A stretch of DNA of 64,000 nucleotides from Candidatus Amesbacteria bacterium GW2011_GWB1_47_19 (GTDB lineage: Bacteria > Patescibacteriota > Microgenomatia > CAZETR01 > Amesbacteraceae), in NCBI GenBank assembly GCA_001002325.1, contig LCNZ01000007.1, positions 91,410 through 155,409 of the forward strand, written 5' to 3'. Each line of letters opens with the position of its first letter. Positions within the stretch are counted from its first letter, which is position 1. Of the stretch, positions 1 through 9,556 are shown one piece after another. The notes below the pieces were generated by a model. It was not told where the DNA came from. It did not search any database and worked only from the letters and a program-made list of their open reading frames with translations. Made by a program: the position numbers and the translations under genes.

Positions 1-389
1 AAGAGGTCCTCTTGTGCGGGGGGACGGAGACCCCTCCGAGTTCCAGAATTCATAAGGCGGCGGTGGGGACGGAAACATGGGTGCCCTGGCGGTATTTCAA
101 AAGCGCTCAGGAAGCGCTTTTTGATCTCAGATCGCAGATCCCAGATCTCAGAATAATAGCAGTCGAGCAGGATAAACGCTCCGCTTCAATTTTCAATTTT
201 CAATTTTCAATTTTCAAAAATATGCCGGCAGCTGTGGTGGTGGGGCATGAGACGGAGGGGGTATCCAAAGAAGTGCTGGAGATGGCGGATAAGATTGTGG
301 AGATCCCTATGTGGGGGGTTAATAAATCTTTGAACGTGGTGGTGAGCCTGGGGATAGTGCTGTATCAATTATTGACCCCTGGGAATTAG
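1..389 (+). CDS. SpoU/TrmH-family RNA 2'-O-methyltransferase, C-terminal part. The 5' end is truncated by the window edge; the ORF is open to nt 1.
   Basis: C-terminal SpoU motifs are present (PAAVVVGHETEGVS..IPMWGVNKSLNVVVSLGIVLYQL). An in-frame caatttt repeat insertion (FNFQFSIFKN) sits just upstream of the glycine-rich motif. Confidence 0.6.
   Translation, partial: EVLLCGGTETPPSSRIHKAAVGTETWVPWRYFKSAQEALFDLRSQIPDLRIIAVEQDKRSASIFNFQFSIFKNMPAAVVVGHETEGVSKEVLEMADKIVEIPMWGVNKSLNVVVSLGIVLYQLLTPGN
125..152 (+). repeat. cagatcN heptamer tandem repeat inside the SpoU CDS.
   Basis: ctcagatcgcagatcccagatctcagaa. Confidence 0.6.
187..217 (+). repeat. caatttt tandem repeat (4.4 units) inside the SpoU CDS, in frame.
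   Basis: caattttcaattttcaattttcaattttcaa. Confidence 0.8.
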
Positions 390-1870
390 TTGTGGAGCCG
401 GGCGAGGCGGGTAGGGGTAAGAAAACGCCAGAAGAAGGGGACGCGCAACTGGGAAAGGCGATTTTCCACCTGGATAGGGCAGCTGACAGCTTCGCACCTG
501 ATGTCGTACACACTATAAATGTAGGCGGCGTTGAAATATAAACCTACGGTGAGTAGAACCAGGAGTGTGCATTGGCGCAGACGATTGAGAAGGTGCGACG
601 GGAAAATTTCATACGAGAGAAAAGGAAGGAAAAACAGGATTACCAGAGCTTTGAAGGTTAATGAGGAGGTGGTAGGCATAAAAGCATTGTGGAGATAAAA
701 CCGGGATGACAGCCAGGTGCCGATAGCTAGAAGTGCCCACAGGAGATTGGGTTTTTTTATAGCTTCGATAACAGCGAGTGAGCCGGTGAGGGCAAATAGA
801 GGGAAGAGGGGGTATCGGTACCAACCCAGGGGATCCTGTTCACCGGAGGAGATAACTATGACTGTCATCCAAAAAACAATCGAAGTTGTTAGATACCGGA
901 CTTTGGGATGCGAATTTTTCAGGATAAGAATTGCCAAACTGCTGACTAGAATAAAAATATACCAACCGTCATAAAAGGTTTCGTTGCTGGTGCTGTAATA
1001 AGGGGTGGAGAGAACATAGCCTAATGATGACCAGCCGGAGGGACGGAAACCCTGGATGCGAAGAATGGTCCAGGCAAAGTCTCCGCCCTGCCACAAGTAA
1101 TATCCCAAAAAAGCGCCCACAAAGGGGAAGATTCCCAGGACAATGAGAAAAGCTTTTTTCCAGTGCTTATACCGGGCGAGAAAAAAAGCAAAAAGAAAAA
1201 TTATGAGAAATCCGGTGGGTTTCATGAGCCCGGCCAAACCGGAGGCAATCACTATCCCGATGAGAAGTAGGATATTGGATCTGGAGTTCTGCTTGCGATG
1301 GTCATAAAAAGTGAATAAATATAGGCTGAGAATAAAGAGGAAGGAGATACCATTTTCGGGCAGGGAGTAGCGGGAGCCGAAAAGGAAAATTGGGGTGAGG
1401 GTGTAGAGGGTGGCGGGCAATAAACCAAAACCCGGACCAAACCATTTTTTTCCCCATGAATAAAGCAAAAGGGTTGTACAGAGACCAAAAATAATCGACG
1501 GGAGACGGATGTGGCTGACTGGCAGGACAGAAAGCAGTTTGTCCCGGTATAAATGAGCGACGCCGCCTGAAAGGAGGGAGTAAAGAGGGGGTTCGTCCAA
1601 CCATGGACGAACCATTTTGACACCCACAGGGATATCCTCTTCCTTACCCAGGAGACCATCGAAGAAAGTCCATGATTTTGGGTAAATGTTGTGCTGGGAC
1701 CAACCAACCGGCCGGCCGGTTTCGATAAGACCCAGACCCGACCATCCATAGTTTTGTTCATCGGCATGGCCGGCTAACGGCCAGCGACCGTAGTTGTGAA
1801 CCCTGATGATGAACAGGAAAATTAATACCAACAAGACTGCCGCTGTTGAGAAAATTCGTTTCCGGGTCAT
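386..1870 (-). CDS. GT-C fold glycosyltransferase (ArnT/PMT-like), polytopic membrane protein.
   Basis: 494 aa with many predicted TM helices. The DEPPLY loop motif is typical of the ArnT/PMT family. Confidence 0.5.
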   Translation of the reverse strand: MTRKRIFSTAAVLLVLIFLFIIRVHNYGRWPLAGHADEQNYGWSGLGLIETGRPVGWSQHNIYPKSWTFFDGLLGKEEDIPVGVKMVRPWLDEPPLYSLLSGGVAHLYRDKLLSVLPVSHIRLPSIIFGLCTTLLLYSWGKKWFGPGFGLLPATLYTLTPIFLFGSRYSLPENGISFLFILSLYLFTFYDHRKQNSRSNILLLIGIVIASGLAGLMKPTGFLIIFLFAFFLARYKHWKKAFLIVLGIFPFVGAFLGYYLWQGGDFAWTILRIQGFRPSGWSSLGYVLSTPYYSTSNETFYDGWYIFILVSSLAILILKNSHPKVRYLTTSIVFWMTVIVISSGEQDPLGWYRYPLFPLFALTGSLAVIEAIKKPNLLWALLAIGTWLSSRFYLHNAFMPTTSSLTFKALVILFFLPFLSYEIFPSHLLNRLRQCTLLVLLTVGLYFNAAYIYSVYDIRCEAVSCPIQVENRLSQLRVPFFWRFLTPTRLARLHN

Positions 1871-1888
1871 GATACGGATGAGATGGGA

Positions 1889-3385
1889 TTAATGGCTGAC
1901 ACTGACGGCAATGTTAACATCAACGGATTCGGGTTTCTGCAATTTGATGCCGGCGGGGATGACCAGTTTCGCGGGGATGACAAAGGATTCGGTTTGACCA
2001 GACAGATCAACCAGCTCGGTAACAACGCTTTTGGGGGTGGCAAAGCCATCCGGAATCCAGAGATCTACCTGGTTCGGGGTGACAGACAGAGTTGTAATGG
2101 TGTAACCGGATGGAAGTTCACCTTTGGTTTTGATATCGATACCGACGGAAGCCGAATAATATTTTTTGGCGGTAAGAAGAATAACGTTGGGATCGATGGA
2201 GATGATAGACAGGTTGAGCGGCTGTTTTATTAATTGAGGCGAGATGTCGAATTTGTTGACGCCGTCGGTCAGAATTGAGGTGTCGAGGTCGATCTTGAAG
2301 TCGCCGGTGTCGATACCGGTAAATGCCAGGTCCCCCCGGCCGACAACGGTGACGGCAATTTCCTTGGGGCTGTAGGTTTCGATAAGGACATCCTGGGGAA
2401 GCTGGGTGAAGTTTATGGGGATACTGTAGGTTTTACTGATGATTTCGGTCCGGTACGCACTGAAAAACCAAATAATTGCCGCTGAGAACAGGGCGAGCGT
2501 TTTCAGAGTGAGATTCTTGCTGACCAAATATTTCAGGTTCCAGGAGGGGGTGGAAACGAATTTGGCTTTTATAAATTTTTCCATTTCTTTTTCCAGGTCG
2601 GAAAATTCAGTTAATGTCTTGAGTTTGCCGTCGCGACAGATTGAAATTCTGCCTTTTTCTTCGGAAACCACGATACAGAGAGCGTCGCAATTTTCGGATA
2701 AACCGAGGGCGGCACTATGTCGGGTGCCGCGTTTTCCCAATTGATTGAAATTGTTGGATAAGGGTAAATGGGCGCCGAATTTGGTGATTCGACCATTGCT
2801 GATGACCAGTGCACCGTCATGGCCCAGGGAATGGGGATCGAAGATGCTTAATAGCACTTCCTCGGAAATTATTCCATCGAGTAAAATACCGCCTTCCAGA
2901 AGGTGGTCCAGAGCGTCATGGCCCTGGACAACGATCAGGGCTCCGATTCTGGACTGGGCCATTTTGACAGTTGACTGGAGGATTTCCCCGGTAGACGGAG
3001 ATTTTGTAGTCAGGCGGCCGACTTTGATACGCCTGGTACCTAAAAGGCCCAGCAGCTCGAAATATTTTCGGATTTCCGACTGGAAAATGATAATAAAAAC
3101 CACGACTGAAACCCCGAAGAAGTATTGCAAGGCTGACGAGGTGAGATAAAGATTAAAAATCCTGGCCAGGACATACAGCAGGGAGATAATGATCAACCCA
3201 AAAAGAATGAGGAAAGTCCGGGTTCTTTTAAACAGATACAGGATTGAGTAAATAAATAGGGTGATGATGAAGATATCCAAAAGGTCTGTAGGATATATTT
3301 GGCCGGTAAAGTTGAAAATGCCTTTCGGACCGGTGAAATAGGAGAGCAGGGCCCGGAAAGTCGGGGAGCTTAACAGGAATTGCAT
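1889..3385 (-). CDS. cdaA: Diadenylate cyclase CdaA fused to YbbR-domain CdaR-like region. Start is taken at the internal Met MQFLL; the ORF track extends to 3493.
   Basis: N-terminal TM helices, then a DAC domain (DGALVI..GTRHSAALGLSE..DALCIVVSEEKGRIS). This is followed by another TM segment and repeated YbbR-like beta domains. Confidence 0.65.
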   Translation of the reverse strand: MQFLLSSPTFRALLSYFTGPKGIFNFTGQIYPTDLLDIFIITLFIYSILYLFKRTRTFLILFGLIIISLLYVLARIFNLYLTSSALQYFFGVSVVVFIIIFQSEIRKYFELLGLLGTRRIKVGRLTTKSPSTGEILQSTVKMAQSRIGALIVVQGHDALDHLLEGGILLDGIISEEVLLSIFDPHSLGHDGALVISNGRITKFGAHLPLSNNFNQLGKRGTRHSAALGLSENCDALCIVVSEEKGRISICRDGKLKTLTEFSDLEKEMEKFIKAKFVSTPSWNLKYLVSKNLTLKTLALFSAAIIWFFSAYRTEIISKTYSIPINFTQLPQDVLIETYSPKEIAVTVVGRGDLAFTGIDTGDFKIDLDTSILTDGVNKFDISPQLIKQPLNLSIISIDPNVILLTAKKYYSASVGIDIKTKGELPSGYTITTLSVTPNQVDLWIPDGFATPKSVVTELVDLSGQTESFVIPAKLVIPAGIKLQKPESVDVNIAVSVSH

Positions 3386-3494
3386 GCACCCAGAGTAATC
3401 TGAAGGACGAAAAAAGTCCAGGGTGGGAATGCCTTTACAGGTGGGGGTGATTGAGGTACAATTGCGTTTGCTTCTTGGAGATCGGTCTGGCACT

Positions 3495-3530
3495 TTGACA
3501 AGTGAGTGATTTTTGAGTAAGGAGCTACTT
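3495..3530 (+). promoter_or_regulatory. Candidate rRNA promoter (TTGACA -35 box) upstream of 16S.
   Basis: ttgaca at 3495-3500, about 65 nt upstream of the 16S 5' end. The -10 box is not clear. Confidence 0.25.
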
Positions 3531-3563
3531 CTTGTATTTCAGGAAGTGGTAGGAATTTTTTTT

Positions 3564-3599
<36 letters not shown>

Positions 3600-4569
3600 A
3601 GTGCCTTAGGCATGCAAGTGGAATGTCGATAATCCCGCAAGGGATGATCGGCATCGCAGACGGGTGAGTACAGCGTAGGAATTTGCCCAATGGTGGGGAA
3701 TAACTCGCCGAAAGGCGGGCTAATACCGCATAAGATCGCAAGATGAAAGGCCGTAACTGGCCGCCGATGGAGAAGCCTACGTCCTATCAGCTAGTTGGTG
3801 GGGTAAAAGCCTACCAAGGCTATGACGGGTAGCTGGACTGAGAGGTTGGTCAGCCACAATAGCACTGAGACACGGGCTATACATCTACGGATGGCAGCAA
3901 CCGGGAATATTGCGCAATGGACGAAAGTCTGACGCAGCGACTCCGCGTGAGGGATGACGGCCTTCGGGTCTTAAACCTCTTTTGTCCCGCTATACGGCGG
4001 GGAGAATAAGCACCTGCTAACCACGTGCCAGCAGCCGCGGTAATACGTGGGGTGCAAGCGTTATCCGGATTTACTGGGCGTAAAGAGTTCGTAGGCGTTT
4101 TGCCAAGTTTTGTTTGAAAGACCGAGGCTCAACTTCGGAAACGGACGAAATACTGGCAGAATCGAGTTAGTTAGGGGGTACTGGAACTATCAGTGTAGCA
4201 GTGAAATGCGTTGATATTGACAGGAACACCAAGGGCGAAGGCAGGTACCTGGGACTTAACTGACGCTGAGGAACGAAAGCTAGGGGAGCGAAACGGATTA
4301 GAGACCCGTGTAGTCCTAGCCGTAAACTATGTACGCTTGATCCTTGATTTCCGCCTTTGGCGGAGCTGGGGGTTGGAGCTAACGCGTGAAGCGTACCGCC
4401 TGGGGAGTACGACCGCAAGGTTAAAACTCAAAGGAATTGACGGGGAAGTGCACAACCAGGGGAGCATGTGGTTCAATTCGATACGAAGCGAAGGACCTTA
4501 CCCAGACTTGACATCTCGAAGTTCTACTTTGCAGAAATGCGAAGGAGTCCGTAAGGAGATCGAGACAGC

Positions 4570-4600
<31 letters not shown>

Positions 4601-4915
4601 GGGTGTCGACTTAAGTGTCGAAACGAGCGCAACCCTTATCGCATGTTCAATAGTCTTGCGAAACCTACAATGGGGAGTAACAACGGGTTGCCAAGCCGCA
4701 AGGCGGAGCTAATCCCATCAAACCTCCCCCCAGTTCAGATTGAGGGCTGCAACTCGCCCTCATGAAGACGGACTTGGTAGTAATCGCGGATCAGCAGGCC
4801 GCGGTGAATACGTTCTCACTTCTTGTACACACCGCCCATCAAGCCAGCAAAGTCGGCAATACCTGAAACTCTGGGTTTCCCGGGGCAAGGGTAGGGTCGG
4901 CGATGAGGGCTAAGT

Positions 4916-5640
4916 TGTAAATTGTTGCAACTTGCAGGAGTAATTCTGCAAACAAATCTCGCTGTATCGGTGGAGCCTAAATTGATTTCGGGTATATTTC
5001 GGTATACACTTAATTGACATGGGAATACCGAGGGAACCCTTCGGCTTCGCTCAGGGCAAGCCGCTGGGACGCCGTAGAGACTACACGCGAGCGCCGGTAA
5101 CAAAGGCATATTTAATGGGTATTATTCATGACGCAACCGAGAGAAAGTTAACTTTCCGTATTGCCCAGAAAAGTGAAGAATTTCTTCGCTATTTGAGCAG
5201 GGAATTGGCGCTATCGGATATCAAATCCTGGATTTATAAGGAAGGGAAAACCAGGCAAGTTTGGATTTTGGAATTTTCCAAAAAACATTTGACCGGAATA
5301 AAGATTAAATCCAGAAAAGATAAAGTTGATTATCTGAGGGGTTATTTTGACGCGGAAGGCGGAATTGCCAGAAATCCTAATGTAAGGTTTTACCTGTATT
5401 ATTGTCAAAAGAATTTTGATGAAATGGTGCAGGTGAAAACAATGCTGGAGGATATCGGGATAAGTTGCGGGAAGATTCATAACCCAAACAGGATAAAAGA
5501 CCCGGATTTTTATAGATTTTATATCAGAGCAAAATCTTATACGGATTTTGCCCGAAAAATTGGGTCGTTGCATCCTGAAAAGATGTCTTTGTTGAGGATG
5601 AAGATATAGTCCAAGCCCCGATGAAAATCGGGGAGCACCT
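4916..5640 (+). mobile_element. Group I intron in 16S rRNA (E. coli position ~1506) carrying a homing-endonuclease ORF. Boundaries are accurate to about +/-10 nt.
   Basis: Exon sequence ...gggctaagt is interrupted and resumes at ...gaacaaggtatccc..ggatcacctcc. The intron shares the motif 'tcgggtatatttcgg' with 23S intron 1. Confidence 0.7.
5019..5609 (+). CDS. LAGLIDADG homing endonuclease, intron-encoded.
   Basis: A LRGYFDAEGG motif plus a degenerate upstream motif (YLMGIIHDATE). The ORF lies wholly inside the 16S insertion. Confidence 0.7.
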   Translation: MGIPREPFGFAQGKPLGRRRDYTRAPVTKAYLMGIIHDATERKLTFRIAQKSEEFLRYLSRELALSDIKSWIYKEGKTRQVWILEFSKKHLTGIKIKSRKDKVDYLRGYFDAEGGIARNPNVRFYLYYCQKNFDEMVQVKTMLEDIGISCGKIHNPNRIKDPDFYRFYIRAKSYTDFARKIGSLHPEKMSLLRMKI

Positions 5641-5820
5641 TGAACAAGGTATCCCTAGCCGAAGCTGGGGATGGATCACCTCCTTTCTAGGAGTATCTAA
5701 TACACCCCGAGGTTACGGATAAGGTTCTCGTAAAAAAACCTATCACATGAAACGGGATTGGTTGACTAACGTCAAATCACCAACCGCCGTTTTCCTACCA
5801 CTTCTTGGAATATAATAAGA

Positions 5821-5878
5821 ATAACTCACCCCTAACCCCTCTCTTAATCTAAGAGAGGGGATAAGAAGAGGGGGAGGA
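5821..5878 (+). repeat. Nested palindromic repeat, copy A (intergenic).
   Basis: ctcacccctaacccctctcttaatctaagagagggg... is an inverted repeat. It matches copies at 30121, 41092, 42012 and 42287. Confidence 0.7.
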
Positions 5879-5882
5879 AGAA

Positions 5883-5908
5883 AGCCCGCCATACGGTGGG
5901 TTTTTTGG
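5883..5908 (+). terminator. Rho-independent terminator after 16S.
   Basis: Stem cccgcc/ggtggg with an atac loop, followed by tttttt. Confidence 0.55.
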
Positions 5909-5914
5909 TGGCTA

Positions 5915-6763
5915 TTAGAGTTTTTCGGAGGTGGATTCGGAGAGTTTTTGTTCGGCCAGTATGCGGCGGTTCATTTTGCGGGCAGCCTGAAAAATTTCAG
6001 CGGGAATTTTTTGCCGGGAGCAATAGTCTATCCAGGTGACCAGATCTTTAGGGAAGCATTTACCTTTGACGCCGCGATGTCCCCGGTGCCAGATTACCCG
6101 ATAGTGGCGGCCCATGGGAACGCCCACCCACTTTGAAGCCATGGCGGCCTTGATAACCCGTTCGTAGTCCAGTTTTTCTTTGCGGCAAACTTCCCAATAA
6201 TGATTAGATTCCAGAACTTCCAGGACTCCGTGCAGATTATTAATGTACTTTAGAAGTTCGGCTTCTTTGGCCGGAAAAATCATATCGTAAGGGCTGACGG
6301 GGAGGGAATTGAGGACTTTTATAGCCATGGATAATGATTGTCCGGTATAGCCGATAAACTGGCGGTCGGGATTGTTGAAGTCGCTATCGGCGGTGGCTTC
6401 GGACAAGAATTCCGGGTTGAACAGCAGTTTCAGACCGGGGAATTTTTTTTGCAGCCGGTCGGTGGTGCCGACAGTGACAGTGCTTTTGAGAACGACAGTT
6501 TTGCCAATCGGAATCAGGGAGAGGACTGAAATTACTGCCGAGTCATCGTAGGTTTTTTTGATCCAGAGATAGGGGGTGGGGACGCATACGAAAATCAGGT
6601 CAGCATTTAGGGCCTGTTTTTTTTGCGTTTGTTCACGGAGATCGTAGCCCCAGACCGGGTAACCCGATTTTTTGAAGTAACGGTAGACAGTACCGCCGAC
6701 CATGCCCAAATGGCCGATCACTCCTACAGATTTAAAATGTTTAAGAGAAATAATAATGCCCAT
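5915..6763 (-). CDS. UDP-glucose/GDP-mannose dehydrogenase family protein (short form).
   Basis: N-terminal GxGxxG (VGVIGHLGMVGG) and catalytic-Cys motif GKCFPKD. At 282 aa it is shorter than a typical Ugd. Confidence 0.5.
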   Translation of the reverse strand: MGIIISLKHFKSVGVIGHLGMVGGTVYRYFKKSGYPVWGYDLREQTQKKQALNADLIFVCVPTPYLWIKKTYDDSAVISVLSLIPIGKTVVLKSTVTVGTTDRLQKKFPGLKLLFNPEFLSEATADSDFNNPDRQFIGYTGQSLSMAIKVLNSLPVSPYDMIFPAKEAELLKYINNLHGVLEVLESNHYWEVCRKEKLDYERVIKAAMASKWVGVPMGRHYRVIWHRGHRGVKGKCFPKDLVTWIDYCSRQKIPAEIFQAARKMNRRILAEQKLSESTSEKL

Positions 6764-6785
6764 TATACTACGATTATTTTATGTG

Positions 6786-6814
6786 TTGACAATTTAATGC
6801 GGGGGGTGTAATCT
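6786..6814 (+). promoter_or_regulatory. Candidate sigma70-type promoter (TTGACA, 17-nt spacer, TAATCT).
   Basis: ttgacaatttaatgcggggggtgtaatct. A 47-codon ORF follows at about 6832-6975. Confidence 0.3.
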
Positions 6815-6989
6815 TCTAAGATTTACTGATTATGGAAAATAAGAAAACGAGATCTATTTTCGATAAGCCGGATAGGGAGACGGTTACTCCTGAATTGCTT
6901 AAGAGGGCAGGGCTTTTTGTGAATCAGGATTTTTTGAATGTGTGGAGAGAAGGAGCGGGGGACAAAAGTAATAGGGAGAGAAAATAAGA

Positions 6990-7214
6990 TTAGCGGAGGT
7001 AGGGATTTCTTTTGGAAAGCTGGGCCTGGGTGGTTTCGACGATATCCGCGATCCAGGAGCCGATGAGGGGTAACCCCCCGGCGGATTTAAGGAGTATTAC
7101 CAGGGTTGTTGAGACGGCGACGAAACCGAGGGTAACTCCAAATGCCCAACCGATACCCCGCAAAAATCCGTCTCTGATTAAATGTGCCACATGGGGGGAA
7201 GGAACAGAGTCCAT
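6990..7214 (-). CDS. Small membrane protein, hypothetical.
   Basis: 74 aa with two hydrophobic segments. It overlaps a plus-strand 69-aa ORF that appears less protein-like. Confidence 0.3.
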   Translation of the reverse strand: MDSVPSPHVAHLIRDGFLRGIGWAFGVTLGFVAVSTTLVILLKSAGGLPLIGSWIADIVETTQAQLSKRNPYLR

Positions 7215-7250
7215 AGTTTAATATTAGGCCAATGGAGTAAAATTTAGCAA

Positions 7251-7460
7251 ATGGATGCGAAACAAAAAACAAAAATAACCGAACTGGAAGCCAAACTGGC
7301 AAAATACATGCCGATATATTTGGAAAAAAAGAGGCAATTCAGAGGGATAAAACACGAAGATTCGTTATCGGAACTGCGCTATACACAATATATGGTCTAC
7401 AAAGATTTGGTGGAGGGATTGGAGAGGGAAATTGTGAGGTTAAAAATCGGAAAATATTGA
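7251..7460 (+). CDS. Hypothetical small protein.
   Basis: 69-aa ORF, charged and helical. It overlaps the next ORF by 4 bp. Confidence 0.3.
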   Translation: MDAKQKTKITELEAKLAKYMPIYLEKKRQFRGIKHEDSLSELRYTQYMVYKDLVEGLEREIVRLKIGKY

Positions 7461-7672
7461 TAATTATGGCTGAATTAAAAGTCAACACAGCGGAAAAAGT
7501 ATTTTGGGCGACCGGAGGTGTGTTGGTGGCAGTAGGATTGTTGGGATTGGCGGAAATGTTACGGATCAGGGACTGGGAAGCGGGATTGGTGATTTTTTGC
7601 GGTTTGGGCAGCGGGGTATTGGGATGGGTAAATTTGGTCAGCCGGAGGGATGCAGCCAAGAGCAAGCAATAA
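7457..7672 (+). CDS. Hypothetical small membrane protein.
   Basis: 71 aa with two TM-like segments. Confidence 0.3.
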   Translation: MIIMAELKVNTAEKVFWATGGVLVAVGLLGLAEMLRIRDWEAGLVIFCGLGSGVLGWVNLVSRRDAAKSKQ

Positions 7673-7675
7673 TTG

Positions 7676-7747
7676 TGGGCGGACATGGAATCGAACCATG
7701 GACCTCTTTCTTATCAGGAAAGCGTTCTACCACTGAACTATCCGCCC
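7676..7747 (-). tRNA. tRNA-Ile (anticodon GAU).
   Basis: The reverse complement folds as a cloverleaf with a GGGCGGA/TCCGCCC acceptor and anticodon loop cuGAUaa. No CCA is encoded. Confidence 0.8.
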
Positions 7748-7824
7748 GGTGTGGTTGAAATTATACTACGGAGGCGGGAATATTGGTGGTAAAATACCGG
7801 AGTTTGAGTATAATTATTGCGGAT

Positions 7825-8823
7825 ATGAAGAAGTTTTTGAGCAGAAGAAATATTATTTTGCTGGTAATAGCCGGGCTACTTTTGGGCGGATGGTGGTATC
7901 AGTCCAAGTCCAAGTCCAAGTCCAAGGACATTCGGACGGCGGAAGTGACGCGGGGGACGGTAGAGGAAGTAATCAGCGTTTCCGGGGAGGTTAAGGCTGA
8001 AAATAAGGCAATATTGAATTTTCCGGTACCGGGCAAATTAGGATATGTGAAAGTGAGTGAAGGGCAAAAAGTGGTAAAAGGCCAGGCGCTAATGGGATTG
8101 GACAGCCGGGATATTGCAGTGGCGGAGGTGGCGGCGTATTACAATTATCTAGCGGCGGACGCGAATGCCAAGGAGGTAGAAGATTCAGTAAAAGACCATG
8201 ATAAAGATGAGACGTTTGCCCAAAAGAATGACCGGGTGGCAGCTCAAACGGCACGGGATAAAGCATATGATGCCTGGCAGACTGCCAAACGTGCTTACAT
8301 CAATACCAGTTTGGTAGCGCCGTTTGCGGGAGTTGTGACGAGCCTGACTACTACCGTGGCGGGGGATACGGTGGGAGTTACCGACGGTTTGACAGTGGTA
8401 GATCCGCAGGGTTTGTATTTTGAAATAGAGGTGGATGAGTCAGATATCGGGAAAATCAAACCGGAACAGCCGGTGCAGATAAAGCTGGATGCGTTTGCCG
8501 GGGAGCAGTTTGAGGGTAAATTAGATAAAATCGGATTTGAGGCCAGGCTTTCAACCACCGGGGCGACAGTATTTCCGGTTTGGGTGGTTTTTCCCGAAAC
8601 CGCAATGGAGATGCTGAGGCTGGGGATGAACGGTGATGCGGAAATTGTGTTACAAAAGCGGGAGAACGTATTGAAACTGCCGATAGAAGCCATTGTTGAT
8701 GGAGAAGTAACATTAGCAGGCGAGCTGGCGCAGACGGTCAAGGTTGAAACAGGGCTGGAAAGTGATACGGAGGTGGAAATTACTTCGGGCCTTCAGGAAG
8801 GCGCAGAAGTTGTAATCAAGTAA
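7825..8823 (+). CDS. Efflux periplasmic adaptor (HlyD/MacA family). Start is taken at MKKFLSRR; the ORF track begins at 7783.
   Basis: N-terminal TM segment, then an SKSKSKSK linker encoded by an agtcca x4 repeat, then a biotin-lipoyl-like domain. It lies immediately upstream of ABC ATPase and permease genes. Confidence 0.65.
   Translation: MKKFLSRRNIILLVIAGLLLGGWWYQSKSKSKSKDIRTAEVTRGTVEEVISVSGEVKAENKAILNFPVPGKLGYVKVSEGQKVVKGQALMGLDSRDIAVAEVAAYYNYLAADANAKEVEDSVKDHDKDETFAQKNDRVAAQTARDKAYDAWQTAKRAYINTSLVAPFAGVVTSLTTTVAGDTVGVTDGLTVVDPQGLYFEIEVDESDIGKIKPEQPVQIKLDAFAGEQFEGKLDKIGFEARLSTTGATVFPVWVVFPETAMEMLRLGMNGDAEIVLQKRENVLKLPIEAIVDGEVTLAGELAQTVKVETGLESDTEVEITSGLQEGAEVVIK
7900..7927 (+). repeat. 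agtcca hexamer x4 (SKSKSKSK) in macA.
   Basis: cagtccaagtccaagtccaagtccaagg. Confidence 0.7.
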
Positions 8824-8825
8824 AA

Positions 8826-9554
8826 ATGAAGGTCAAAGAAACCCCGGTGGTGAAATTTAGTAATGTCTGCCGGTATTACGGAAGTACCGGCAATGGGGGA
8901 GAGGTGGTTAAGGCCTTGTGCGGGGTGTCTTTTGAAATTACCAAAGGGGAATTTTTAGCAGTTACCGGACCATCGGGGTCAGGGAAATCAACACTTTTAC
9001 ATTTAATGGGCCTTCTTGACAGGCCGAGTGAAGGAGAAATAGATATTGACGGGGTGCCGGTATCGAAAATGTCTGATACCAGTTTAGCCAAATTGCGCAA
9101 CCAGAAAATCGGATTTATTTTTCAACAGTTTAATTTGTTGCCTAAAACGTCTTCGTTGAAGCAGGTGGAATTACCACTGGTGTATGCGGGGGTGCCTGCC
9201 GGGAAAAGGCGGGAGATGGCGAAAAAAGAGTTGGAAGCGGTGGGGCTGGCGGATAAAATGAATAACCGGCCGTCACAACTTTCAGGCGGCCAGCAGCAGC
9301 GGGTGGCGATAGCCCGGGCGATGGTCACGGGACCGGCCTTGCTTCTGGCAGATGAACCTACAGGAAATCTGGACAGTAAATCCGGTGCGTCAATTCTGGA
9401 ATTATTTGAGCAGTTGCACGAAGGTGGGGTCACGGTAATAATTGTCACTCATGACCGGGATGTAGCGGCACATGCTCCCCGGCAATTGGTGATCCGGGAC
9501 GGGGAGCTGGTGGAGGACCAGCCTACGCGGAGGCTACGGCCGGCAAGTAAATAA
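8826..9554 (+). CDS. ABC transporter ATP-binding protein (MacB/LolD-like).
   Basis: Walker [10 protein letters not shown], signature [14 protein letters not shown] and Walker B LLLADEPT. Confidence 0.85.
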   Translation: MKVKETPVVKFSNVCRYYGSTGNGGEVVKALCGVSFEITKGEFLAVTGPSGSGKSTLLHLMGLLDRPSEGEIDIDGVPVSKMSDTSLAKLRNQKIGFIFQQFNLLPKTSSLKQVELPLVYAGVPAGKRREMAKKELEAVGLADKMNNRPSQLSGGQQQRVAIARAMVTGPALLLADEPTGNLDSKSGASILELFEQLHEGGVTVIIVTHDRDVAAHAPRQLVIRDGELVEDQPTRRLRPASK

Positions 9555-9556
9555 CC

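Noticed and set aside
6338-6811. Small plus-strand ORFs (6338-6529 and 6623-6811) overlapping the dehydrogenase gene.
   Set aside because: They are antisense to a motif-supported CDS and have no features of their own.
7749-7994. ORF 7749-7994(+) overlapping tRNA-Ile and the start of macA.
   Set aside because: It is in a different frame from the well-supported adaptor gene and overlaps a tRNA, so it is spurious.
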